A stretch of 64,000 nt of DNA. Source: Naegleria gruberi (lineage: Eukaryota). Of this stretch, positions 1 to 11,233 are shown piece after piece. The notes under the pieces are model-generated. The model saw only the letters and a program-made list of their open reading frames with translations. It ran no database searches and was not told where the DNA came from. The DNA lies in the NCBI GenBank assembly GCA_000004985.1, contig GG738888.1, one strand, 5' to 3'. The translations under genes were made by a program, and so were the position numbers. Position 1 is the stretch's first letter. The number at the start of each line of letters is the position of its first letter.

Positions 1-1
1 T

Positions 2-784
2 GGCTATTTACACGAAGTAGTATCACAAGCAGAAACTAGTCTTTCCAACAAACTACGTGATGATGATGATGATTCGAATAATATTCAACTAATCCCAACC
101 GATGAAGAACTCAATCGTTTAATCACAAAAAACTTGTGGACTCTAATCAAATCTTATGGTGTTCATATAATTCAATTATTGGCACGTTTATTGAAACTAA
201 TTCCAACAATCTTGTTGACAATCGAAGGAGGAGCAGCCAACCCACAAATAATTGTTGGTTTGGTTAGATCAGTTTTCGAACTTATTGGAATTTCACTTAC
301 ATTGACTGTTAATGATGGAAAGGCAGTGTTTCTCTTGTTTAGAATTGCTAAACGGGCATTACAATTGATTTTGAAACCATTGATGAAGGTAGTTTCTAAT
401 AACAAGTTACCTAGTAGAGAGAGAGAAGAAATTACTACATTGATTAGAGCTGCTCAACCGCTTGTGGAATCTGAAAAACCAAACCAAAAACAAGCCCTCA
501 AGTTATTGGAAACTGCTCGTGCAGTAGAAAGTCAATCAGAAGAAGATGAAGCAGGTGACAGTAGTGATAGCGATGATGAAGATTTCAATGTTCCATCTAG
601 AAGAAGAAGATTCCACTCATCCTCCTTGGACAATAGAGCCATGTACAGGAGAAGAAATCAACCTATTTATCCAAGCTATAAGAAACCGAGAATGAAATGG
701 TGGAAAATTGTGTTAATTGTCTTATTTACAATGATCGTTATTAGTGGAATATTTACATTTTTAAAAATAAATAAATATTTGTAA
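2..784 (+). CDS. hypothetical tail-anchored membrane protein (5' partial; ORF open to window start)
   Basis: Reading frame 2 is open from nt 2 to TAA at 782-784; track ORF 134..784 starts only at an internal TTG. Acidic/Ser-rich region (DSSDSDDED) and a single C-terminal TM helix (WWKIVLIVLFTMIVISGIFTFL). Confidence 0.4.
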   Translation, partial: GYLHEVVSQAETSLSNKLRDDDDDSNNIQLIPTDEELNRLITKNLWTLIKSYGVHIIQLLARLLKLIPTILLTIEGGAANPQIIVGLVRSVFELIGISLTLTVNDGKAVFLLFRIAKRALQLILKPLMKVVSNNKLPSREREEITTLIRAAQPLVESEKPNQKQALKLLETARAVESQSEEDEAGDSSDSDDEDFNVPSRRRRFHSSSLDNRAMYRRRNQPIYPSYKKPRMKWWKIVLIVLFTMIVISGIFTFLKINKYL

Positions 785-798
785 ATATTATAATACTA

Positions 799-1404
799 TT
801 ATATTGTTATAACATTAGTTTTTCCATCCATATTAATAGAACTATCATCTAATCCTTCAACTTGTGTCAAATGTTGTGAAACTCTGCAAAATGAATGAGT
901 AAATGAAATATATTGAACTGTCAAAAACATTAACAATTGGACAAGTAACATGAACAACACTCCATACATGATTTGCTTTTGTGAATAGTACAACAACTTG
1001 AAAAGACTCACAACACTTGTGGCAATATAAAATAAAACATTGAGAATGTGTTTTCCAAATCCAATTACTACATTCATGACAATGACATGAGTTTTAAATT
1101 TCTTTTTCCTTGGTGTGATCATGGATAAATCTTCATCTCCATCCACTTGCCATGATGGTAATAAAGAAATATTTGTTTGAACTTTGATTGTTTTATCATC
1201 GGCTACTTCTTTTCTATATAGATAAGCTGAATAGGTCAACCATAAAATTAACACAATTAACAATGAATAGGGGTAGATATCTTGTATGTAATTATAGATC
1301 AGAAAGATGGATTCAAAGGAAAGTGGTTGGAGAACGGAAAGTATTTTGAGTGAGATGGATTGTGTAGAGCAAATTCCTCGAATGACTGATGAAGCAGCTG
1401 ACAT
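799..1404 (-). CDS. hypothetical multi-pass membrane protein
   Basis: 201-aa ORF with ATG at 1404 preceded by an A-run; several hydrophobic helices; no recognisable family. Confidence 0.35.
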   Translation of the reverse strand: MSAASSVIRGICSTQSISLKILSVLQPLSFESIFLIYNYIQDIYPYSLLIVLILWLTYSAYLYRKEVADDKTIKVQTNISLLPSWQVDGDEDLSMITPRKKKFKTHVIVMNVVIGFGKHILNVLFYIATSVVSLFKLLYYSQKQIMYGVLFMLLVQLLMFLTVQYISFTHSFCRVSQHLTQVEGLDDSSINMDGKTNVITI

Positions 1405-2131
1405 TTTTTTTTTGGAATTGAAATCAAAGAAGTGTTTTCACATTATGTTTATTTGAATGATTTCACAGTGAAAATTCATCATTCAAATTATGGAGATATT
1501 GTAAAATTATCTTGAATATAACTTGAAGATGAAAATCCAATCTCCATTAGTCATCCCAATATTACTATTGACCATGCAGGACAATACTGCATTGATGGAA
1601 TTTGTCATGATGAAGTGTATGTGCTTTAATGATATTGGAAATCCTGCAAGGTAATTACTGGACAAATATTGAAAGTAATGATGAGAACGTTGTTAGGAGT
1701 GCAAATAAACAATACTAATCGAAGAAAGTGTTTGAAATGGTCAAGTACATGTTCTTGTATTTTAAAAAGTAAATTTTCAGCAACTAATATCATCATGATA
1801 ACTTTGATGAAACTATTAGGAGAGAATTTTCCCCCTGATAGAATTGATCATGCTGAACAATCCAAATATATTGTGATGGTTTTCCGAATGACCAAGTACA
1901 TCTGGAAGTGATGATAATTTTCCCAATATAAATTACTATTATATTGATAATGAATATCATTCATGATGGTTGGTATTTGTTTCAACATTGACTATTACTA
2001 CTATTCACATGATGAGGAGATGAAACGTGAAAGTATTGGTTCCTATACTTGCAATATTTTTAAAAGCTCCAATTTTTTAAAAATTGTTTTTGAAGAGATG
2101 TTGGGAAATTCACATCTTGTTGACTGACTTG

Positions 2132-4366
2132 TCATCTTCTTCTAATTTCAGAGCTTCTATCATATTCTTCTGGTCCCTCATACTGGGTAATAAAACTAAT
2201 TGTGGACATTAGTTCTTCCTCAGTCAAGCTTTCCTTTGGTAGATTTACAGACATCCATGCTGGAACACCATTTTCACAATTTACCATATGTGCATAATCT
2301 TCTAATTTTTCCTCCCATTGACGAGGTAAAACTTTGGCTATTGATGATACCTTTGAAAGATTTTTCAATAAGAATACCAACAATCTCATATTTGTATCGT
2401 CGTCATAAATTGGTGAGAGGGCAAGGAACGACTCTTGATTGGATGAATTCAATCTCTCACTTAACATGATCTTGCAACATTCCCTCATAATTTCCTTCAT
2501 TTCAAATATATGGCTCATTGAAAGAATGTAAATAAATGTCTGATCACTACACAGCCTTAAATTTGAATAATTACAATTACAAGCTTCTGAAAGAAGAATT
2601 CGAATAGCTTCTATTTTTTCAGTTTCTGCTCCAATTTCCTCACTCTTTACAAATTCAAAAACATCATAAGAAATCCTACTTGATGAATACTTTTCAAAAT
2701 ATACTGCAAGAACTGGACTCGATTTTGTTACTATTTGCTTATTGACCTGAATTTCAGTTCCCTTATCATCAATTATTAGAGTACAATCATAATTATGCTG
2801 TGAACACAACAGAATAGCATCTGACAATGAAAAAACTTGTGTGAAAATCTCTTCATTCCATGTCACTTCTATTGATTGAAATGATTGTTTGGATTCTTCA
2901 ATTCTTGAGGAAAGTTTAAGTAATTTTTCATCAGCTCCGTGAAGATATCGAACTTGAGTATAATTACTCTTAATAAAGGCAATGCATTTCTTTACAAGTA
3001 GCATGAGAATTGAATTGTGAGAATTTTTAAGAACCTTTCTCGACAAATAATCAGAAATTTGGTCAATTATTTGCATGACATTTTCTACTTGAATGAAAGT
3101 AGACAGTTTGGAAAATATGGTCTCTTTCAAATCAATTCCACAATCTCGAACATCATTCAATAAAAATAAAAATAATGTCAAACTCTTGATATCATCAAAG
3201 TACTTGGAGAGAAAGTTATCTTCATGAAAAATGTCAATACAAGACTGTTTCCCAGAATTAATATAAGGAATCACTTCACAAATGTATATGATTAATTCTC
3301 TAGATAATACCAGCTCATCACGTGAGAGACCTTTGATCAATTTTTCATTTTTGAACACTTTACAAAGGTCTGGTGAAATAATTTCAATGAGTGGAAAGTA
3401 AACTTGAAGATATGGTTCGTCCTCAATTTCCTCATTGATAACCACTAAATTATGTAGCAAGGATTTTGCATGATAATCAATTGTTGTTTTCTGGTTGGAA
3501 TATGTAACTGCAACTGTACATAAAGGGCCTACAAACACATCCAATTCCAAACTATTGTCAAAATCTAAATAGAGCCGTTCGAAATTGTCATCACCAACTG
3601 CCTCATGTGAAATAAAGTGATTTTGTGCAGTACTCCCAATTCCAAGTTTTCCAAATTGATTACTTCCAAACGATGTCAAGTATTTGTCAAAATGTAAATT
3701 GACTAAATGAGTTTCAGATGCCTCTACTTTGATTATCTTTGAATTAACACTGTTGAAATGTACAGATCCATAACAATGCTCATAGAAGAAATGAGGTAAA
3801 CTACTCCCAGACAAAGTAATCATGCCATACTTTTTCTCATACTTGTACTTCATTGATCCCCTATTAAAGTAAAAAGCAGGTTCTTCATTTCCCTTTGGTT
3901 GAGTACAATCAACAAAACCTGTCGATTTCACTCTAAAAGACTTGTATTTTGCAATTGCAAAAGGTGTATCTCCAATAATTGTCACTTTTTCCAATCCAAG
4001 TTTCAACCCGTCAAGTTTAAAAACTCTTCCATCATAGTACCAAGAAACAATTCCATCAAAATCCAAGAAAATTGAACATTGATAACCTAGAGCACAATGT
4101 CTAATACCCTTCTTGAAGATGGGCACTGGAAATCGTTTCATCTGACGATCTTGGGGTTGTAACAACTCTCCGAACGAATTCAATCCACACCCGAGAACTT
4201 GTCCCATTTGTGATCTGATGAGAACATTGTTATATTTCATTTCAACTTGAACAATTTCATCATCTGGATGATCAAGTAGATATTGAAAAAAAGGCACGGG
4301 TTGCAATGTATTTTCGTTTTGGTTAATGAAGGGAGTGAAGAAACCCTTGCCAACTCCGTATAACAT
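2132..4366 (-). CDS. RCC1-like repeat protein, possibly with C-terminal BTB-like region
   Basis: Long ORF; probable ATG at 4366 (MLYGVGKGFF; track start 4390 is TTG). N-terminal RCC1-type motifs (VLGCGLNSFGELLQP, SFGSNQFGKLGIGS); remainder unassigned. Confidence 0.4.
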   Translation of the reverse strand: MLYGVGKGFFTPFINQNENTLQPVPFFQYLLDHPDDEIVQVEMKYNNVLIRSQMGQVLGCGLNSFGELLQPQDRQMKRFPVPIFKKGIRHCALGYQCSIFLDFDGIVSWYYDGRVFKLDGLKLGLEKVTIIGDTPFAIAKYKSFRVKSTGFVDCTQPKGNEEPAFYFNRGSMKYKYEKKYGMITLSGSSLPHFFYEHCYGSVHFNSVNSKIIKVEASETHLVNLHFDKYLTSFGSNQFGKLGIGSTAQNHFISHEAVGDDNFERLYLDFDNSLELDVFVGPLCTVAVTYSNQKTTIDYHAKSLLHNLVVINEEIEDEPYLQVYFPLIEIISPDLCKVFKNEKLIKGLSRDELVLSRELIIYICEVIPYINSGKQSCIDIFHEDNFLSKYFDDIKSLTLFLFLLNDVRDCGIDLKETIFSKLSTFIQVENVMQIIDQISDYLSRKVLKNSHNSILMLLVKKCIAFIKSNYTQVRYLHGADEKLLKLSSRIEESKQSFQSIEVTWNEEIFTQVFSLSDAILLCSQHNYDCTLIIDDKGTEIQVNKQIVTKSSPVLAVYFEKYSSSRISYDVFEFVKSEEIGAETEKIEAIRILLSEACNCNYSNLRLCSDQTFIYILSMSHIFEMKEIMRECCKIMLSERLNSSNQESFLALSPIYDDDTNMRLLVFLLKNLSKVSSIAKVLPRQWEEKLEDYAHMVNCENGVPAWMSVNLPKESLTEEELMSTISFITQYEGPEEYDRSSEIRRR

Positions 4367-4669
4367 TTTTTTTACATTAATGTTTTTCAAAGTTCCACTC
4401 TACGTCAGTTTTGATAAATTGTACCCACAATCTTCAAATGAAAAAAAAAGACTACAGCACCACAGGTTCCCAAGTTGTCTCCAACCTCAGTACTGATGTG
4501 GCTCGACGATGCTTAACTTCTCAAATCGGACGGGATGAGGTGCATTCATCGTGATATGGCCGTAGCCATAAACAATAGAAAAATCTTAATCATAAATAAT
4601 ACAATGTTAGGCTATAAAGCCAAATAGTTTTTTATTATGCTTTGTATTTGTTTCAAGAACAATTGAGAG

Positions 4670-5216
4670 TTAACACTTTTCAATCCATTTGGAAACAAAT
4701 TGACGATATTGTTCAGCAGTTTCTTCCAATTCTTCAACTGATTTCTTATTGGCACGATAAGTAATGAATGGTTCGCTCCATTCCAATTTACATCTGTGAG
4801 CGAGAGCTTTCAATGGATTCAACAAGTCATCGAGTGGAATCAAATTCTGACCCTCTGGAGTGTATGCCTCTTCAAAATTACCAGCTGTTACAGAAATCAA
4901 TAATGGTTTGCCCTCCAATTTCAATCCTTCCTCTCCATAACGAATATAGTACATTCTTGTGAATGTTTCATCAATCCATTGTTTCATGAAAGCTGGCATT
5001 GAGTACCATTGGATTGGAAATTGGAAGATAATTCTGTCTGCATTCAAAAGTTCTTTGGACATCAGAATTGGAATCAAACTTTTTACCATTCTCAGTAAAT
5101 AATTGATGCATGTTGATAATTTCAATATTGTCAAGAGTTGACAAGGCCTTGATCATTGAACGATTGGCTTGAGAGCTTTCAAATCTTTCGTGGAAGAAGA
5201 GGACAAGAGTAGACAT
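4670..5216 (-). CDS. flavodoxin-fold NAD(P)H:quinone oxidoreductase (KefF/MdaB/NQO-type), reading frame interrupted
   Basis: Track ORFs 4971..5216 and 4670..5134 in different frames together align along the KefF family (HQLF..., RIIFQFPIQWYSMPAFMKQWIDETF, LISVTAGNFEEAY). Removing one base from the T5 run at ~5080-5084 (plus strand) fuses them into one ~180-aa ORF. Confidence 0.55.
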
Positions 5217-5440
5217 TTATTTGTTTTGTTGTTGTTTGTTTTCGAATAATTGAAACATTCGAAATTAAATAGTATTTCTGAAATGTCTTCTTTTGGATTT
5301 GTGCTTGCGCTTGGCGGATTATTTTATAGCTCAAGTAAATCGAACATTAAATTTTCTATGCAATAGGGAAGTATTAATACTCACTATTCGTTCTATTTAC
5401 TGTCTATTTGGGAATGATAAGATGATAAATTGAAGGTGTA

Positions 5441-7264
5441 CTAAAACCTTCTGGTCTTTGGTACGGTAATGAAAAGTTTTGCAGCACTGAAATCTGCTTT
5501 GAGTAAGCTTTCTCTATTGATGGTATAAACAAATTGTGCATCGAATGGCATACCTGGATAATTAGCATTGGTTGACAAAAGAATAATATCATCCTTGTCA
5601 GTCTGTAAATCATTTCTAAAGGTTGCTGTGTATTGTCCACAAATGGTACCAATATATGATGGACAATTGGAAGTATGATTGAAATATTCATAATCTTCAA
5701 ATTCTTTTTTGGAATCAGCAAATACTCTTGTATCTAATGAGAGACCTAATTTCAAAGATGAATTTGCAAATTTAGTAATGGTTAATTCGTCTATTTCAAT
5801 TCCAGTAACCAATGGAACGGTTGAATTATCTTGGTAATCTTGATAAATAACATAACCATCATAAGAATCAATATTTGGTACGGAAGCATTGATTTGAAAA
5901 CTATCAATCTTGGCAAAAAAGTATAAATATCCAGATTTTGGTAATTGGCAATCAATGAATGAGCTTATTTCAGAAAAATCAATTTGTCCAATAAAAGCAT
6001 ATCTCTTTTTCCAAAGTTTGGATTTGTCAATCATGTTGGGATTTCCTCCAATCTTGGTTCTACGCCCATCGGTGGGGATTGAGGAATTGAATATGAAAAT
6101 TTCCCGATAAAAGTTAACAGATAATGAAACGGACTGTTTTAAAATCTCCCTGAAACTATTGTCACATGAATCCGTTCTCATTTTGCTTTCAACTAGTGAA
6201 TCTCTGCTACTAATATATGGATATATATCCGAAAAGAATTTGTTTTTCCATCCTTTCGAATCAAAGTTTCTAATATCTGAAAGAGTTCTACTGGTTCCAA
6301 ATGTTAAAAATAAAGGATCTTCAATCTTAGTCAAATGATAGCAATACTTCCAAATATCATCATTTTCAACAATTAAACTATTCCAATACTTGCAAACTGT
6401 TCTCATTTTCAAAAGGTCATCAACATTTCCCACAAATTTCAAAATATTTGAATGAACATCTGGTGAGATGGATGAAAAAAATGGACCTTCTCTAATTGAA
6501 ACTTGAGAAGAATCAGTATGTTGATTGAACAAATTATTAACAAGCACAGAAAGTACATTAGAAATTGAACAAATACTACTTGGAAGAGATTCAAGTAGTT
6601 CAGAATCATATTTGATAGCATTTTCAATGGCAGGTTGACCAACTGAAAAGCAAGAACAATCTCGTGTGTAATTTGAAGCAAGTTCAACAATTTCTCCCAT
6701 GACATAGCATACTATTATTTTCAAACCAACAGCAAGGACCTTCTCTTGTTTTTCAATTTGCTTTAAACTTGACAAGTTAACATTGAAATATAGAGCAATA
6801 AATCTCTCTACAGATTTTCCCTCTTCCGACTCATCTTCCATCACCTTTTCAATTGGTAAAAGAGTAGTCATTGGATATTCACCCAACCTTCCTTTCAAAT
6901 TCTTTCTACAGATTTCCATGATTAAATCATGAATATCTTGACAATGTTCCTGACTATCCATTGCATTTTCATTAGTAAAGCCATCAAGTAATTGTTTAAT
7001 GGCTTCGGAAGAATCTGTTCTCTTCAATAGTACATATGGCTTTAAATCATCAATTAATTTCAACAATAAAACCAAACCAATGGAGGCTAGAGTTTTATGA
7101 CCATGACAAGACATGAACATGTCATTATTGTGGCCAGTAGTGGGTGGAAAGTAATAGTGCTCGGCTAGATTTTTGATTAACTGATCGGCATTGAATATGG
7201 ATTGAAAAGAGGTGAGTGAACAAAAATTGATCACTGTTTGTGGAGGCTCTGTACGTGATGTTGC
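5441..7264 (-). CDS. F-box-like domain protein with C-terminal DUF1963 (YwqG-like) domain
   Basis: Single long ORF. Mid-protein F-box-like stretch (ILKFVGNVDDLLKMRTVCKYWNSLI). C-terminal GGNPNM...YLYFFAKIDSF...DGYVIYQD resembles bacterial YwqG/DUF1963 (family name from memory). Confidence 0.5.
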   Translation of the reverse strand, partial: ATSRTEPPQTVINFCSLTSFQSIFNADQLIKNLAEHYYFPPTTGHNNDMFMSCHGHKTLASIGLVLLLKLIDDLKPYVLLKRTDSSEAIKQLLDGFTNENAMDSQEHCQDIHDLIMEICRKNLKGRLGEYPMTTLLPIEKVMEDESEEGKSVERFIALYFNVNLSSLKQIEKQEKVLAVGLKIIVCYVMGEIVELASNYTRDCSCFSVGQPAIENAIKYDSELLESLPSSICSISNVLSVLVNNLFNQHTDSSQVSIREGPFFSSISPDVHSNILKFVGNVDDLLKMRTVCKYWNSLIVENDDIWKYCYHLTKIEDPLFLTFGTSRTLSDIRNFDSKGWKNKFFSDIYPYISSRDSLVESKMRTDSCDNSFREILKQSVSLSVNFYREIFIFNSSIPTDGRRTKIGGNPNMIDKSKLWKKRYAFIGQIDFSEISSFIDCQLPKSGYLYFFAKIDSFQINASVPNIDSYDGYVIYQDYQDNSTVPLVTGIEIDELTITKFANSSLKLGLSLDTRVFADSKKEFEDYEYFNHTSNCPSYIGTICGQYTATFRNDLQTDKDDIILLSTNANYPGMPFDAQFVYTINRESLLKADFSAAKLFITVPKTRRF

Positions 7265-7331
7265 CATTTTTTTTAATTTCACAATTTTCTGGAATATTTT
7301 TTCTGAGAGATTGTTACAAATAGTAAACTAT

Positions 7332-8646
7332 TTACTTGGAATAAACAACACTTCCGTTCATGATAACAGCAGAAATTGGAGGATCACACAATTCATAAAT
7401 GATATGTTCCCAATTCTTAGAGTCAACAATGACACAATCACCAACCTTTCCAACAGCCAAACTACCATGGGTTGCAGACTTTCCAATAGATGCAGCAGCA
7501 TTCAAAGTACAAGCAACAAGAGCTTCATTCAATGTCATTCTCATATTCACACAACTCAAATGCATAACAAATGGAAGTGACATACAGTGAGCATTTGGAT
7601 TGTAATCAGTTGACAAAACAACTGGAACTCCATTGTCAATCATTTTTCTTGCAGGTGGATAAGCAATTCTTAAAATATAGGCAGTTGTTGGTAAGAGAGA
7701 TGCACAAATATTCTTCTCTGCCATCAATTCAATTCCCTTATCACTCACATGTTCACAATGACTAACAGCCAATGCATCTAATTCATGAGCTAGTTCAGCA
7801 CTTCCCATTGGATTCAATTCATCTCCGTGGAAGTTGATTCCAAGTCCTAATTGTTCCTTTCCTGCTTTGAGAACTTGTCTTGTTTCTTCAGTTTCAAAAA
7901 CTCCCTTCTCATGGAAAACATCAATCAAAGTTGGACCAATTTCATCCTTTTCAATCATTTTAGCAAGGGCAGGAACTTGTTCTTCAAGAATTTGCTTGGT
8001 ATAAGCTTGCAAATTGGAATCTTTTGGAACTGAATGTCCTCCAAGATAATTACTAACAATTTCAGGAATTCCCAATTCGATATGCTTCTTATTGGCTCTA
8101 TGCAAAACCTTCAACATTTTAATTTCAGTTTCAGTTTCCAAACCATAACCAGATTTTCCTTCAATCAATGTAGAACCATTCTTCAACATGGTCTTACATC
8201 TCTTTACCAATAAATCCAACAATTCATCTTCACTCGATTCACGTGTATGTCTAACAGTAAATCCAATTCCTCCTCCCATCTTGTGAATATCCATATAAGT
8301 AGCTCCTTGCAATTTTAACACAAATTCATGACAACGATCACCACTCCAAACAGGATGAGTATGACTATCAACCAATCCTGGAATGACACTCTTTCCCGAG
8401 CAGTCAATTTCTTGTTCAAACAATTTTCCATTATTTTCATCACCATGATGATATCATGAATCCAATTCTTTAATTCCGCTTCATTTCCAATAAATACAAT
8501 TTTACCATCATGACCAATAATCATGGCCCCGGACCCTCCTTGAATAATCTCCAACTCGTTTTGTTCCTTTCCTTTTAATAATTTCTTGGAGGCATCTCGG
8601 GAAATGCAACAATTTGCTCTGCATTCTTGAGGAGTGTTTTATACAT
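7332..8646 (-). CDS. hutI: imidazolonepropionase (HutI, EC 3.5.2.7), ORF interrupted by two apparent 1-nt frameshifts
   Basis: Main ORF 7332..8423 has DSHTHP metal site and aligns full-length to HutI. Upstream ORF 8315..8554 encodes the N-terminal beta-strand region (GKIVFIGNEAEL). True ATG at 8646 (MYKTLLKNAEQIVAF, A-rich context) is in a third frame. Adding one base near 8599-8601 and one A to the A4 run at ~8424-8427 restores one ORF of ~437 aa. Confidence 0.7.
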
Positions 8647-8792
8647 TTTTTTTCAAGTGTTTTTTACAACAAGATTTGCTGTTGTGTTGGATAAGATATT
8701 TTATGGAGGATTCTCAGGATTGTAAACAAGAGGTCAAGTAATATGTAATGGAGGTAAGGTCAATGTGTTGAAACACCGAGTTGATGAGATTT

Positions 8793-9828
8793 TTAATTGG
8801 ATTTGGTTGGTGGGATGGTGAATGGAAGTTTGAATTTGATACCTAATTCATTTTCTAACAAGAGACAGCAAGCTTGTTGAGTATCGGTGGTATCTAGAGG
8901 TCTATATTCAATATTGTTTGGTTTGTAGAAAGTTTCAGCCAATTCTGGGAACTTATTATAGGAATAATCAACAATTTCAAATTCATTCTTCATGTACTTT
9001 CCATTGAAATAGTGGAATTTTCCATTATATTGTGAGGAAGAAAGAGGTTCCACCATTCTATTCTTTGCATGAATATTAGTTGGATCAAATTCAATTTGTT
9101 GGGTTTTGTAATCTGTCCAATCTTCAGTATAGAAATGCTTGTGATTTCCCAATCGATAGGCACTCTCGTGTCTATCAGCACTCAATTGCATTACTAGAAC
9201 TTTCTTTTCCTTCATGACTTGAAGAGTATGATGGAAGAGTGAACCAACCTTATTATTTGGATTTTTAACTTCACTCTCAATATTTGGATCATAAATTAAT
9301 GGATAAATTGGTGAAATCTGTACATTCATACATTTCCAATATTTGAATATTTTAATTATCAACATGTTCCGAAAATTAATTCCGATTATTAAATTCATCA
9401 TCATCATCACTAAATTACTCCACACTTACATCAACAAATACAACACCATTCTTAATCTTTTCAAAGTAAGTTTCAGGCTTTTCCAAAAACTTGTTCAATT
9501 GTCCAAAATAATTCATCAAAAAGTGATGAACAATCGAGGTGGAAAACAACTCCTCAGCATCAACAGTATTATGAAGTAACTCCCTAGAAAATAGTGTATT
9601 ATTATGAGGAGTCATCAATTGAACCGAGTAGCCAACCTTCTTCAAACGATCACACAGTTTATGTTTACTAGTCATGATATTCTCACCTTCCAATAGAACA
9701 ATCCGTGGTTCTTGTTCCGATGCATTCACTGAGGAGGAATGAAAGAATCGGAGGAGAGAGGAACAAACTTGTTGTGGCTTATTAGATTTGTGCAGCAATA
9801 GTGAATTGACGATTTGCTTTTTAAACAT
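8793..9828 (-). CDS. hypothetical protein, probable mitochondrial presequence, 2 exons (very tentatively dNK/NDUFA10-like fold)
   Basis: Exon1 9828..9430, intron 9429..9318 (GTAAGT...ACAG, 112 nt), exon2 9317..8793. Both exons phase 0 and joining track ORFs 9415..9828 and 8793..9425. N-terminus MFKKQIVNSLLLHKSNKP...RFFHSS looks like a targeting peptide. Confidence 0.5.
9318..9429 (-). other. spliceosomal intron (112 nt, GTAAGT...ACAG)
   Basis: Joins ORFs 9415..9828 and 8793..9425 in phase 0. Confidence 0.6.
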
Positions 9829-9942
9829 TTTTTTTTAAAATTGAAAATTGTAAAAGAATTTTAAATATTTAAAGTATTTAAAAAACAAACTTTTGCTAAA
9901 ATTTTGTAATGGAATATAGAACAAGTTCTAATTTTAAAAAAA

Positions 9943-11229
9943 ATGGCTCCAAAATTTACAGTGAAAGATCTTTCGTGTGATGAGTGGTTGGAAATTTGCA
10001 AGTTTTTGTCCCCTTGTGAAATGTTCAGATTGTCGCAATCTTGGAGACAGATGTATTTTCATGTGTTTAGAGAAGGAGATTCGGAAATGTTATTCGAATT
10101 GATCAAAAAAAAAGTTTCCGATGAATTTCAAAGAAAACAGAATAATAATGTATTTTTGAGTGATGAAGAGAAGGAATGGATGGCTAAGAAAGTGGAAAAT
10201 AGAAGAGATTGGAAGAATTTATTAAGAATTTATTTAAAGTTTAATTATTTGAAATTAGAAAAACATTCGAATGAATGTGTTGAATTTCTACTCTATCAAC
10301 CGTTCAATGCAATAATAACTGAATTGGATGAGAATGGGAATTGGATTCAACACATTAATTTGAACATATATCTCACTAGAAAACAAATGATAGATCCAGT
10401 TTTAATTCATGGTTACAGAGATAATGATGACAAGATCAGAGTTTTTCATTGGGAAAGACAAGATTCATCAAAACCTCCGAGAAGAAGAACATTTCGTGAT
10501 ACTATTGTTAATCATTTAGGAGTAATTGATGACCAGCGTAAGAAGCAATACTTTAGATCTCTTGTTTGGGATTGTAAGGATGGAAGAACTGAAAATCTCA
10601 TTCAAACACAAGAATTCATGATTCCCAATTTAGAAATACGAGAAACTTGTTTAGCACACCAACATGGAGGAGCTGTTTCCTTGAATTTCGGATCTTCAGA
10701 TCCGTCTGAAATAATTGTTAGAACTAATCCATTTTCTATTCGTCGTATTTTTTCAATTCGAACATTAATTAAGCAAGTATCATTTTATCATGATTTCATC
10801 ACACTTGGATTTCTGATATGGTTTGGATATAATTACCAGTACAAGTATGATTGTTTCAGACACGCCAAACAATTGTTATTCCTTCCATATAATCATATTG
10901 ATTTACAAGATCATGCTATGTATCAGCTATTTTACTCAATAGCATTTTGGAGTCTCTATTTGGGTTATGGGATTGGATTTGCGTTTCTTGGCACGTATTT
11001 TAGTCCTGGAGTAGTTACAATGTTAGTGAACTGGATTATTTACAAATATCTCGATAGTATTGAATATCCAGAAACAAGAGAACTGAGATCTCCTTGGAAT
11101 TTGCTCGCTGTTTTGGAGGCGTCTCAAACACTTTGGTGCATGGGATCTGTTGCAATATTTACAAGAAAAGTGTATACTTGGGGAAGATTTTGGAAAGATT
11201 CAATATTGGATTTAATAAGAAAGAAATAA
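9943..11229 (+). CDS. hypothetical protein with N-terminal F-box-like motif and hydrophobic C-terminal region
   Basis: ATG at 9943 after A7 run; LSCDEWLEICKFLSPCEMFRLSQSW F-box-like; C-terminal aromatic-rich TM-like segments. Confidence 0.45.
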   Translation: MAPKFTVKDLSCDEWLEICKFLSPCEMFRLSQSWRQMYFHVFREGDSEMLFELIKKKVSDEFQRKQNNNVFLSDEEKEWMAKKVENRRDWKNLLRIYLKFNYLKLEKHSNECVEFLLYQPFNAIITELDENGNWIQHINLNIYLTRKQMIDPVLIHGYRDNDDKIRVFHWERQDSSKPPRRRTFRDTIVNHLGVIDDQRKKQYFRSLVWDCKDGRTENLIQTQEFMIPNLEIRETCLAHQHGGAVSLNFGSSDPSEIIVRTNPFSIRRIFSIRTLIKQVSFYHDFITLGFLIWFGYNYQYKYDCFRHAKQLLFLPYNHIDLQDHAMYQLFYSIAFWSLYLGYGIGFAFLGTYFSPGVVTMLVNWIIYKYLDSIEYPETRELRSPWNLLAVLEASQTLWCMGSVAIFTRKVYTWGRFWKDSILDLIRKK

Positions 11230-11233
11230 AAGT

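Noticed and set aside
172-405. Many short track ORFs nested in or antisense to the large genes (e.g. 172..405, 2200..2469, 13553..13744, 14607..14858, 21003..22316 cluster, 42034..42982 cluster, 59414..59611)
   Set aside because: They overlap strongly supported CDSs in other frames or strands, are low-complexity, and have no motifs. They are the usual six-frame artefacts of AT-rich coding DNA.
1669-1911. 80-aa ORF in the spacer between two minus-strand genes
   Set aside because: No ATG context like the real genes, no motifs, Lys/Ile-rich composition typical of random AT-rich ORFs.
8793-9828. Assignment of the 2-exon protein as NDUFA10/deoxynucleoside-kinase-like
   Set aside because: It has only a vague P-loop-like resemblance (LLEGENIMTSKHKL) and a presequence, with no convincing motif alignment. 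It is kept as hypothetical.
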